Source: Eledone cirrhosa (taxonomy: Eukaryota). From it: 64,000 bases of DNA. A program made the translations under genes and the position numbers. The notes beneath the pieces were generated by a model, which was not told the DNA's origin, searched no databases, and saw only the letters and a list, made by a program, of their open reading frames with translations. Below, in pieces: positions 39,635 through 51,378 of this stretch (position 1 is its first letter; every line of letters starts with the position of its first letter). Location: the NCBI GenBank assembly GCA_964016885.1, contig OZ024740.1, positions 98,766,001-98,830,000 of the forward strand, written 5' to 3'.

Positions 39635-42542
39635 CCCTGACCCCACCCTGTCCAGCACATGGCTGCCCCACTGGCGAACAGGGTGCTCTTTAGTAACCCC
39701 GGCCGCATTGATGCCTCGGCTCCCCGATTGCCGATGGGGACTATGGTGAGGAACAGTCGACCCTGTGTCCCTATTGCCAACCTGGGATTGGTGGCAGCTT
39801 TGTTACTGGGCACCCTGCGGGCAGATGATGCCTGCGGTGTGGGACATTGTGAGTGCCTGGACCCACGTTGACTAATCGGGGGAGGTGCCGTTGGAGATGT
39901 ATGTCAACAAATACGGGAACTTGCCAACGGAAACAGTAACAGAACACCCAATATGGCGGCCGCTCCCTGCCTATAACTAATCAAACCCCCCTCCTCCCCT
40001 AATAAACCCCCGCCCAAATAAATGCCCCTACCCATTCTCCCCCACTCACTTCTTTTGAGTTAGTTCTTCTTTATTATAGTGCTTCTTGTTGAGTTAGTTC
40101 TTTATTAATAGTGATTTTTTTGTATATTACCACGGTTGACTTAATGGGCTTGGAGAGTTGACTCCCTTGTGTCTGACCACTCGATAAGTTAGGGGTTGTG
40201 CCCCTTGAGCAGGGGTGTCTCTAGCTGGTCTACCTGCTGTCTGCTACTACCCGAGACTGGACAGGGTCGTAGCCACAGGCCAGCGCGTGCGCGATAGCAT
40301 GGAATATATATTTTCTGCTAGTCACCCCGTGTAATATGATACCCCAATATTCCATGCATGAGATTCACCGAAGCATGCGCAGTCTTAACCGGGAGATGAC
40401 AAACGAACTTGAAAATAACACAGGAGAGACCCTTTGGATAGCGTAGACGCCGGACCATACCCACAAATATATACAGACCTGTCTTTGTATATGCATGGCT
40501 GACGCAATATGGATAACACGACCAACATCTAAGCTGGAACCGACCCCTACAACAAACAAAGAGGGGACAGCCCTTCGCATTTGACCAGTCGCGTGTGTGC
40601 TTTGAGTTCGTTGTATACCACCCCAGTCAAACCCACACTGGTTTTTTTTACCAATATAGCATGTAAACCAATACATCCTATGCAGCGAGACCTTGAATTT
40701 ACAACCGGCACCGTGCAATCTCCGAAACTAAAAGATCAAACGGACCACACCCAGCAACCACTAGCTATTTGATCCACAGGTACATTTCCCAGAGAGTCCA
40801 CGCAGCTGATAGTGAATCCCAGTTGATTCGTGAACTCTGAACTTTTAAACAAGACCAAATGTGCCTGGGGCTATGCAGATGACTACATACGCATAATGGA
40901 TATCGCGCCCACAAGGTCACCTGTATTGTTTATCCTGCTGTATGTGTGTAAAGTATCCGTGCGTGGGATATCCCTGAGTACATTTTCTTGACTATCAATT
41001 GTTAATTGATTGTTTGTTAATTACGCAGGGGTATACCATTATGTCTTTGTTAATCATATGGGATGCTGTATGTGTGCATGAGAGCGGGATATCCCTGAGC
41101 TAATTTTGCTTGACCGTTAATTGTTTATTGATTTTTTGTTAATTAGGTAGGAATATATTATTATGTCTATGTTAATCCTGTATCAATCATTTTTTAGTAA
41201 TTTTTTAATCCTGTATCAATAGTTTTCTGATAATATTGTAATAATTTTATAATAATTTTATAATAATTTTTTGATAGTACATTATTAGATTACCTAAGCT
41301 ACCTTATACCTTCTTAAAAATACATTTTATAATTATTGTTTTTTAAAAATACATTTATAATTATTGTCTTTTTGCTTATGTATTTTCTTACTTATAATTT
41401 ACTGATAATCCTATATCAATAGTTTTGTGATAATTTTGTAATCATTTTATAATAATTTTATAATAATTTTGTGATCATTTTATAATAATTTTTTGATAGT
41501 ACATTATTAGATTACTGAAGCTACCCTATACCTTCTTAATAATACATATTATAATTATTGTTTCTTAAAAATACATTTTATAATTATTGTTTTTTTAAAA
41601 TATATTTTATAATTATTGTCTTTTTGCTTATGTATTTTCTTACTTATAATTTTCTTTAATCTTGCCCAACTTGATAAGCTCTTTGAATTGCTCCCTAATC
41701 AAATTACTTAAATTACTTAAATTATTTTATCTATTATACCTAAGTTGTATCTGTTGAAGCAGCCCTTTGAAAATTCCTCGGATATCCCAAATACCGTAAT
41801 TTTTAACTTTTAATTTATAATTTTCCTCAATTCGTTTATATATATCGTTAAAGGCTCTCTAAAATGTTAATTCTTCGAAGGGTCTCTCGGAGGAGGTTCC
41901 TATTAAAAATATTAAAGGGGCCTTTTCTGAGGGGTTTATTGAAGGCTTTTTGAATTAACCTTTAATTGATTAGTTTCTTTCAACTTAGTAGAGATTATCA
42001 AAACTTCGTAAATTTTCTGAAATTTTTTAACGAGATCTCTGGGGAAGAAAGTTTTTTTCTTTCGGAAGAAATTTTTATCTCTCGAGGGAACTTCTTGGAA
42101 AACTTTATATTTTTTTAGGGAAACTTTATATCTTTAATTTTAAATTTTTTTATTTTATTTTATTTTATTTTATTTTATTTTATTTTATTAGTCTCTTAAT
42201 CTCTTCTAGTTTGTTAAGTTTATTGGGGCTTGTAAGCTTTATGCACTTATTGAGGGATTTTTTAAGGTGCTTCTACGAGATCCCAAGTCTTTTACTTTTA
42301 CTGCGTAAATTATAAATTATCTAATTTTTAACCTTCAATCCCTGACTCTCAGGGCATTTTCAAATTCTCTTAACTCCCCATAACCCATCCCTTTTACAAT
42401 TCCGACAACTAATATAAAAGAGCCCCCTTAGAATATAGACCCCAAATATACAAGCGGAGCTGCTGATGTATACCACAATTTCAAACTGCTAGTCTTAAGT
42501 GATACGTTGATGTAAATAATGAACTTACAATCACATGTTATA

Positions 42543-42589
42543 TGCCTTGAAAAGTCCCACCATATGGTCGGACGAAACGGCTGTCGGCA
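42543..42589 (+). ncRNA. type I minimal hammerhead ribozyme, U3-A8 variant
   Basis: tgcc-TTGAAAA-gtcc c accatatggt c ggac-GAAAC ggct GTC-ggca; all three stems pair; AATAAA follows immediately. Confidence 0.75.
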
Positions 42590-42742
42590 ATAAACTTGTT
42601 ATAATGTCATAATAGTTCCTTTGTTCTTTTTCATTAATATTTTTGCTCTGCTTATACGCATAGAGCTTAACTAGCTACCGTCGCATATTTGGTAAGTCAG
42701 ACGTGATCATCGCGATTCACATACGACCTACCATACATCTTG

Positions 42743-42865
<123 letters not shown>

Positions 42866-42872
42866 GGAGAGA

Positions 42873-43060
42873 GAAACGTATGATCCCGACGGCAGAGCTC
42901 AAGCCGTTTCGACGGCTATTTCGAGTCCAGAAACAGCCGCCGAAACGGCTTGATCTCTGCCGTCGGGGTAATAATTTTTCCTATTTCCCACTCTACTACC
43001 CTAAGTATTGAGTACTCTGGTGCGTTATGGTCCATCTGGTTCCTTACCACATTACCTTCG

Positions 43061-43062
<2 letters not shown>
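42873..43062 (+). mobile_element. half-hammerhead hairpin element (PLE 3'-end derivative)
   Basis: Palindrome 42873-42980 centred on gagtcca; the right arm has GAAACGGC..GCCGTC; unique tail runs into (TA)n. Confidence 0.7.
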
Positions 43063-43124
<62 letters not shown>

Positions 43125-43139
43125 ATATATATATATATG

Positions 43140-43330
43140 TGTAACCAAGGAGTTGTGGTAAAGATTCAGATAGAACATAACGCACCAAAGTACTCAATAC
43201 TTAGCGTAGTAGAGTGGATAATAGGAGAAAGTATGACCCCGACAGCAGAGTTCAAGCCATTTCGATGGCTATTTCTGGAAGAAGCCGTCAAAACGGCTTG
43301 AGCTCTGCCGTCAGGTCATAATTTCTCCTA
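43140..43330 (-). mobile_element. half-hammerhead hairpin element, opposite orientation
   Basis: Reverse complement of the 42873-43062 family; hairpin at 43221-43330. Confidence 0.7.
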
Positions 43331-44071
43331 TATATATATGTATATATACTCACAGAATAGAAATATAATTAGTACTGCTATTTTCAGCTGTTACATTTTC
43401 CGAAAGCATGTAGTTTGGCTATTACCAGTGATCATGAAAATGAGAAAATGCAAGAATTTAGACAGACTGATTGGCCAACCGATAGTGGCAATATTATTCA
43501 TATAGGAGTCGCCATCAACAGGATAACATCCATCTCTAATAATTGCAGATAAGAGAGCTTCTTTGCTTTCCCTTAAAATCTGCATTTGCATTCTCCTATA
43601 TCTGAAGGAAATATTTATTCTCACCTAGCTATAAATATATGCTTTATTTGAAAGAAATAGCTATTTCATTAGAAATGTTGTTTGTTCTTTGTGCATTTCT
43701 ATTATAAATGTTAAACCATTCATAAATCTCCAATTTACCATTGTTTCCACTTGATAGAAATATAATATTATTCTAGCTAATAATATACATACATATATGT
43801 CTGTCTGTGTTTTTACTTCAACAGAATAGATATTAAGTTAGAATTGCCATTTACTGTCAGAAAATAATTTCTCCAAAGCATGTCAGTTAGCCATTTATTT
43901 TGCAGCACACTCATTCATCACCACTCACATTCCGATGGTCATCATGCCTTTCTTATCTATGTAAAATCACTTATTGTTTTCTATTCAAAACATATTAACT
44001 AGATCTGTAATCCTAATCAAAATATTAACTAGATCTGTAATCCTAATCAAAATATTAGCTATAACTATAAT

Positions 44072-44260
44072 CATAATTGTTTCTACTTTTTGGCACAAGG
44101 CCAGCAATTACCCAGTACATTACTGGTACTTTATTTTATCGACCCCGTAAGAATGAAAGGCAAAGTTAACCTAGGCGGGATTTGAACTCAGATCGTAAAG
44201 GGACGTAACTCTTTGCGTCAAAGCATGGCGTTCGACCCTCTACTGATATTGCCAATCCAC
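44072..44260 (-). mobile_element. OK-like SINE
   Basis: Same sequence family as 5257 and 18155. Confidence 0.85.
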
Positions 44261-44790
44261 AATGATTGTGCGATTGATCCAACAATGTGTGAGTGCCTCT
44301 CAATGGTCATCAAGAAATCATATATCTACATTCCCATTCATGTACAGAAGAGTGGAACCAAAAGACCATCTACGTAATAGTAGTATGTTGCATACTGAAG
44401 GGTTGATTAGGAGAAATTATAGAGATGCTTGAGAGGAGACAAATAGATGTGTGTTGTGACCAAGAGGTGAAAGGGATGGGTGCCTCAGATGGACTTCCCA
44501 TTGGTAAGCAGCATAGATATCAACTTTTGTGGGTTGGGGGAAAATGGTAGGTTAGGAGTTGTAGGCAACTTACTAGGTAGAAGTCGATAAATAAGTTAAT
44601 CTAATTAGTAACAATGAAGTAAATGACAGAATTATCAAGCTGACAATATTTATAAGCAATAGAATGATAACAGTTATCTCTAACTTTGCATCACAACCAG
44701 GACTAAGTAGAGAACAAAAGGTACCAAATCTATAAATAACTCTAACAGGTGGCACTTCTAGTAACATGTAATTCACCAAATGGGTATATT

Positions 44791-44825
<35 letters not shown>

Positions 44826-44836
44826 TATACATACAC

Positions 44837-45038
44837 ATAGGAAAATGTTTGACTCCGACGGCAGAGCTCAAGCCGTTTCGACGGCTATTTCTGGACTCAG
44901 TCCAGAAATAGCCGTAGAAATGGCTTGAGCTCTGCTGTCGGGGTCAAACATTTTCCTATTACCCACTCTACTACCCTAAGTATAGAGTACTCTGGTTCGT
45001 TATGATCCACCTGGTTCCTTACCACACTTCCTTTGTTA
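44837..45038 (+). mobile_element. half-hammerhead hairpin element
   Basis: Near-perfect palindrome 44837-44959 centred on ggact-c-agtcc, then the same tail as 42980-43062 into (TA)n. Confidence 0.75.
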
Positions 45039-45220
45039 TATATATATATATATATATACATTTATGGGTGATGGCTGAGTATAAAGAGTACTCACTATTT
45101 TATTAAGACTAAATAGCAAGTCTTGTTACACTGTAGCTTTACCTGTTTATCACAGAGTCATCAAAGAAGAAATAAATTCCAATAACAGACACAGTATAAA
45201 TAAATAAATATTTATGCTTA

Positions 45221-45300
45221 TCATCATGGCGTTCTTGAATATTGCTTTGGTGCATTTTTCCAGTCCAAACTCCATCCCCACATGATTGATGAAAACTTTG
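45221..45300 (-). mobile_element. short RT fragment of an RLE-type (R4/Dong-like) non-LTR element
   Basis: KVFINHVGMEFGLEKCTK resembles the FSxDIGMEFGLDKC motif. Confidence 0.5.
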
Positions 45301-45530
45301 ATATATATGTATGTATATATATAAGTATGAATACGTACATACATATATGTATACAGACGTACAGTAGTATGTATATATATATAAATGCACACACATATAT
45401 ATATATATGTACGTATGGATTCACCGAACATTTATTATAATGCTCGGTGTGTTTGTAAACAAACATCCCGAATTAAGCCGTACAGTGTCTAGCAACCATC
45501 GTTGCTCATGTGTTCAACACTGACAAAGGA

Positions 45531-45573
45531 ACGCTGTACTAGTTTCAAGCTTATTAGCTATCGTCAGCAACGT
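45531..45573 (-). ncRNA. type I minimal hammerhead ribozyme
   Basis: Reverse complement of 46364-46406. Confidence 0.8.
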
Positions 45574-46281
45574 ATACCTTCCTGCCAGATGATTGAACGG
45601 CTGAAAGTATATACTTTCCTTAAGCGTATTAACGGCTGACCAGCCTAATTTGCATATCGAGTGAGTTAATCGGCCGGGCGCACCGAAAACGATAAACGGA
45701 AAAATGAAACGAAATTTCATTTCTCACTCTTAGTACGGCTGTTACTTAAATATAAGTATGTATACGTACATACATATATGTATACAGACGTACAGTAGTA
45801 TGTATATATATATACATACATGCACACATATATATGTACGTATGGATTCACCGAACATTTATTATAATGCTCGGTGTGTTTGTAAACAAACATCCCGAAT
45901 TAAGCCGTAAAGTGTCTAACAACCATCGATAGCTAATAAGCTTGAAACTAGTAGAGCGTTCATTTGTCAGTGTTGAACAAATGAGCAACGATGGTTGCTA
46001 GACACTGTACGGCTTAATTCGGGATGTTTGTTTACAAACACACCGAGCATTATAATAAATGTTCAGTGAATCCATACGTACATATATATATGTGTGCATG
46101 TATGTATTTATACATACTACTGTATATATATATATGTATATACATACTGTATATACATATATGTATGTACGGATACATACTTATATTTAAGTAACAGACG
46201 TACTAAGAGTGAAAAATGAAATTTCGTTTCATTTTTTCCGTTTATCGTTTTCGGTGCGCCCGGCCGATTAACTCACTCGAT

Positions 46282-46289
46282 ATGCAAAT
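46282..46289 (+). promoter_or_regulatory. octamer motif ATGCAAAT in the retrozyme-like unit
   Basis: Exact octamer 88 nt upstream of the HHR core; retained in the diverged copy (19824-19831). Function is inferred. Confidence 0.4.
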
Positions 46290-46363
46290 TAGGCTGCTCA
46301 GCCGTTAATATGCATAAGGAAAGTATATACTTTCAGACGTTCAATCATCTGGCAGGAAGGTAT

Positions 46364-46406
46364 ACGTTGCTGACGATAGCTAATAAGCTTGAAACTAGTA
46401 CAGCGT
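46364..46406 (+). ncRNA. type I minimal hammerhead ribozyme
   Basis: acgttg-CTGACGA-t agct aata agct t-GAAAC ta GTA-cagcgt; 6-bp stem I, palindromic ACTAGT stem III, GUA triplet. Confidence 0.8.
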
Positions 46407-46664
46407 TCCTTTGTCAGTGTTGAACAAAAGAGCAACGATGGTTGCTAAACACTGTTCGGCTTAATTCGGGTTGTTTGTTTTCAAACACACCGAGCATTAT
46501 AAAAAATGTTCGGTAAATCCATACGTACATATATATATATGTGTGTGCATGTATGTATATATATATACATATTACTGTACGTCTGTATACATATATGTAT
46601 TTACGTATACATACTTATATTTATTTATATATATATATTTATTTTCTATATATATATATTTATT

Positions 46665-46699
<35 letters not shown>

Positions 46700-46734
46700 T
46701 TCAAATCCACTTTCAATAAAACCACCAGGATTTT

Positions 46735-46790
46735 TCATCCTGATTACTGAAAGCAGATTTGTTTGCTTTCAAGAAACCACTGGTAAATGA
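46735..46790 (+). ncRNA. hammerhead ribozyme with a G8>U core change, in a ~130-bp insert between (TA)n tracts
   Basis: tcatc-CTGATTA-c tgaaagcaga tttg tttgctttca a-GAAA cca c tg GTA-aatga. Confidence 0.6.
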
Positions 46791-46975
46791 GATAATTATC
46801 TTATGTTCCTTATTACATAACTATATATATGTATATATGAATTATAGATAACCAGGAATCAGTCATGCATCACTTATTCCTCGTTGTCTATAATAATACA
46901 CTCTGCTCTGCGCGAAGATCGAGTGATCTAACGGCTTACCGACTCCGGGCGCATTTATTGCAACCATGCAACAAC

Positions 46976-47039
<64 letters not shown>

Positions 47040-47169
47040 GTAGGAGGTGAGTTTTATTGTAGTACAATAAAGCAATGCAGATATCGGATAAGAAGCACTC
47101 TACAGTTTGTAGGACTGGAGAGTATACATAATATATAAGAACAAAAGATGGTTAAAAGTGTTCCATGTA

Positions 47170-47236
47170 TTTTATTATGAGTATTTCAAAAACAAATATC
47201 ATCATGCAATAATATTTGTGTTTTCATCAGATAAAA
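47170..47236 (-). ncRNA. hammerhead ribozyme
   Basis: Mirror of 48431-48497, with stem III loop actc. Confidence 0.7.
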
Positions 47237-48430
47237 CAGGAAGACATGATATGAAGTTTAAAAAACACTTGTGGATAGTTCAGTTTTAAATCAACATATG
47301 AGAAGTAGTTTTAGATTGATGTGTGATATTGGGAAAAATATTTTATTTAGAGGGGGTGGGGGTGGACAGGATGAAAAAGAGGAGGAGATGAGAGTAAAAA
47401 CTGGAGAGGGAGGAGTATAATGAGGAAGGATGAGATAGGAGGAGAGATGGGTGATAGAGAGAGAGAGATAGCTTTTATAACTGAGAAAGATATATTGTTT
47501 TACATAGAGAGGTTGAAAACCGTTGGAAGGTAATGTATAAATTAGAAGAATTTGAAGATTAACGAAGAGAAAAATAATGTAAAGTTAAGGTTTGTATATT
47601 GAGGGGTTTGATAATATGTGCGATGAAAAAGAAAATGTTAATATGTATTGAGAATAATATTTAAGGGTTTAATAATATGTGCGATGTTAAGAGAATGTTG
47701 ATATGTATTATTAAAAGGAACAACAGGTTATTTAAGTAAGGAAATATTGTGAGATGAGCATGAATGAGTTAGATGAAAGGGAGAAAAGAATAATGAATTG
47801 AGGATGAATAATCTAACGTCAAACAAATGTATACTCTATATCACCTTGTAAAAATCCTACATTTTTTTGACGTTAGATTATTCATCCTCAATTCATTATT
47901 TTTTTCTCCCTTTCATCTAACTCATTCACGGTCATCTCACAATATTTCCTCACTTAAATAACCTGTTGTTCCTTTTAATAATACATATCAACATTCTCTT
48001 AACATCGCACATATTATTAAACCCTTAAATATTATTCTCAATACATATTAACATTTTCTTTTTCATCGCACATATTATCAAACCCCTCAATATACAAACC
48101 TTAACTTTACATTATTTTTCTCTTTGTTAATTTTCAAAGTCTTTTAATTTATACATTACCTTCCAACGGTTTTCAACCTCTCTATGTAAAACAATATATC
48201 GTTCTCAGTTATAAAAGCTATCTCTCTCTCCTCCTATCTCATCCTTCCTCATTATACTCCCCCTTCTCCACTTTTTACTCTCATCTCCTCCTCTTGTTCA
48301 TCCTTTCCACCCCCCTCTAAATAAAATATTTTTCCCAATATCACACATCAATCTAAAACTACTTCTCATATGTTGATTTAAAACTGAACTATCCACAAGT
48401 GTTTTTTAACCTTCATATCATGTCTTCCTG

Positions 48431-48497
48431 TTTTATCTGATGAAAACACAAATATTATTGCATGATGATATTTGTTTTTGAAATGTGCATAATAAAA
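48431..48497 (+). ncRNA. hammerhead ribozyme
   Basis: ttttat-CTGATGA-aaacacaaatattattgcatgatgatatttgttttt-GAAAT gtgc ATA-ataaaa. Confidence 0.72.
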
Positions 48498-49399
48498 TAC
48501 ATGGAACTCTTTTAACCATCTTTTGTTCTTATATATTATATATATATATATATATATTTTATCAGATGTATTTTATATATAAATATATATATTTTATTAG
48601 ATGATTCTATGTACATTACTCTGATTGTTGATTATTTAATTAATTAATTCGTCATCGAGCCGCATCGTGAATGGTTGCCCAAAACACATATATATATCTA
48701 TGGCTTTGTCTAGTTTATGTATATGTAAATCTGTATATTTGATAATCTCCCATATGGTTGAGATAACATTTAGGCAGTATTAGACTTCGCTTTCTAGCAA
48801 CCAGCCCACTCGCCGTAAGGCACTAATCACAAACTTTCTGACTTGACCACTAGCCACGCCACAGTTGTTAACTATTTTTTATTCGTTTCTGGCGTGGATC
48901 ATTTAAGAAAAATCTTTGTCCAATGGAGTTTGTTTCCTGATGATTTCGAAACTCGTGAATTTATCCTTGATCGGATATTTCCAAAAAGCGAATAAAATCT
49001 CATGGGGTAGGGACATGATTTTTGTATGCTTATATACATTTTCTTTTCTAACTTTGTTTTGTACCTAATTGTGTATGGTCGACGATATATCTAATCGATT
49101 TCCACGTGCTATTAGAAATATGGGTAAATATTCTATGGATGTTGATCGCGGATAGATAGCTATCGTTTATTTATCTATTGTTTCTTCAGAGGTGCCTTTT
49201 AATCTTATAGCCTTGTATAATTGATTTTTTGTATATATATATATGATGGCTGCCCTCTCGTTATCGAGTATGGCCATTGCACGAGAAAAAAAAATTAATA
49301 ACAATAATAATAATAACAACAATAATAAAACGACAACAACAACAATAATAATATATATATATACACACACACGCACACACATTAACATATCTATGCACA

Positions 49400-49590
49400 C
49401 ACACACGATAGCAATTAACAACGCTGCGATCGAATGTGGCATTTTAGCCCAGCGAATGATCTAAAATGTCTTGCACAGAGTCGGCAACCAAAACATTCAC
49501 TAGGAATAGCCCGCTGTGGTTGTAGTTCATGTACTTTTGCATGTCGCTTGAGCCCTCCTGCTGATTTACATTCTCTACCACATGCTTGGC
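49400..49590 (-). mobile_element. RTE-BovB-like LINE C-terminal C2H2 fingers / 3' end
   Basis: CQACGRECKSAGGLKRHAKVH..CRLCARHFRSFAGLKCHIRS, isolated between microsatellites. Confidence 0.55.
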
Positions 49591-49699
49591 ATACACACAC
49601 ACACACACACATATATATACATACTATATATGTAAATGCATCACAGTGGATGCGCAGAAAAAATTATTGTAGATGAAATAAGGAAAACTGAGGAGGAGA

Positions 49700-50720
49700 T
49701 GGGTGTACACTAGGTTTGTGTGTTAGTACAAAAAGGTTAAGTGACCTTTCAAACAGAGTTTTTAAGGTATTATTGATTTACTTTTGTTAAGAAGTGTTGT
49801 TCAAATTAGTTAAGATTCAGTGGAAGAGAAAGTTTTAATTCTCTTATGATAATAACTATTGTATTAGAGTGTCTGGCTTAGAAATTGTTTAAAAAACAGG
49901 GAAATCTATAGATTAAACTAGTAAGTTTTAGTTAAATTTTATTATTATTATGTTAAACTAGTGTGTGGTTAAGTTTCGGTGATAAACACAAATTTAATAT
50001 TTACTATAGTAGAATGATTGGGAACTTTCATGTGGGCAGGTAGAAAGAATCTCAGATTTTCTATTTAGGGTAACGAAGTCAGACTTTAAAATTGAGAGGC
50101 ATTCCATGCGGCAAAAATCACACTTTCGGATTCCAGGCTAGTATGACCAGGCAATTTTAAAAACTTTCCAATTAATAGAGTATTCTATATTGACCTCTTG
50201 CACATCCCATACATAAAGCGATAATGAGGTTGAGCTACTCATTCTTTTTTATTTCTAAAATAGTGACAATGCATTTGATATCTATATTTAAATCTATTTG
50301 AAATATCCCCAATATATTCCTTGCTATTAATAAGTGTAGATATAATACACTGATAAACTAAATTTTCAGTCAGACAATCACTGTCAAGCAGAGAGGTCAA
50401 AGGGTTTTTACAGTTAGAGTTTATGTTAGATTTTAGGTTATTGTTGGGCAAAGAACCTTGATGATGGAACAATATGTGGAAGTTACGATTATTGCTGCTG
50501 GGACGATCCCTTACTTCTATATTGCCTAGTATTATCTTTGGACATTAAATTATATTTTCCTATTTTCAAACTATTGTTAGACATTAAATAGTTTACTTGG
50601 TTGCAAGTAGTAGAGTAAGAAATTTTTGCAGTATTCTTATTAAGTATTGTATAGTAATGGTAGGTTAGAAGGAAGCTTTTCAGTAGTATAATAAAAATTA
50701 GTTCAGTAGTATACTAAAGA
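49700..50720 (-). mobile_element. decayed Hydra-type PLE endonuclease region and 3' UTR
   Basis: SNCKNP..DCLTENLVYQCII..EYIGDISNRFKYRYQMH (GIY-YIG). Confidence 0.75.
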
Positions 50721-50723
50721 TTA

Positions 50724-50790
<67 letters not shown>

Positions 50791-51330
50791 TATATATATA
50801 TACACATATATATGTATATATATATGAGTGTTGCTGGTAGCATATAACCTAGTACAACCTGTCAGCGACTAAACTGGAAACCCCACCAACTTCGCTTGGT
50901 GAGGAGGGTGATTTTGGACACCCTGCAGGACAAAACACAAAACCTGACAAAGGACAGAAGAGCTCATAAGAGTCAAAGGCCATCTAAAAATTATAATCCT
51001 GCTAAATCAATGGGTGGCAGTAGTTCCAGCTGCACGCATCGAAAGACTAGTGTAGTGGTTCTGAGAACAATGCAGCTTTGCAGATGATCAATGCTAATTG
51101 ATAATGGAAAGGTGGCCCCGCTCGAGTTAGAAGAGAACTATTGACCTTCAGGAGAAGCAGTGACCCTTGATTGCATTCAGCAACTGAAACAAATATGAAG
51201 TATATATAAATATATATGAAACACAAGTTTTTTATATTTTGAAGACCAAAACTATGCATATGAAAAATGTTAAACGATGATACTAATAAAATTAAACAAT
51301 GTTTCAAGCAAGCTACAAAACTCTGTTATA

Positions 51331-51372
<42 letters not shown>

Positions 51373-51378
<6 letters not shown>

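Larger units (their letters stand above)
45320..46620. mobile_element. retrozyme-like non-coding tandem repeat (427-447 bp unit) with central inversion
   Basis: tatggattcaccgaac at 45414 and 45841; inverted copies at about 46070 and 46517; inversion point ATCGAT at 45925-45930; HHR in each full unit. Confidence 0.85.
47127..48540. mobile_element. 1.4-kb non-coding fold-back (inverted PLE 3' ends)
   Basis: 47127-47823 is the reverse complement of 47866-48540, with a ~40-bp spacer; HHR near each outer end; (TA)n flanks. Confidence 0.9.

Noticed and set aside
42455-42500. Second hammerhead-like string ctgatgtataccacaatttcaaactgctagtc
   Set aside because: Core altered in both halves (CTGATGT, CAAA) and no stem I or II pairing.
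43425-43601. Possible host exon on the minus strand (ttccttcag/..YRRMQMQILRESKEALLSAIIRDGCYPVDGDSY../gtaata)
   Set aside because: Splice-like borders and an open frame, but no recognisable protein and no partner exons; needs RNA-seq or BLASTX.
49415-49612. C2H2 zinc-finger host gene
   Set aside because: Two isolated fingers without TGEKP linkers, between microsatellites; fits the RTE-BovB ORF C-terminus better.
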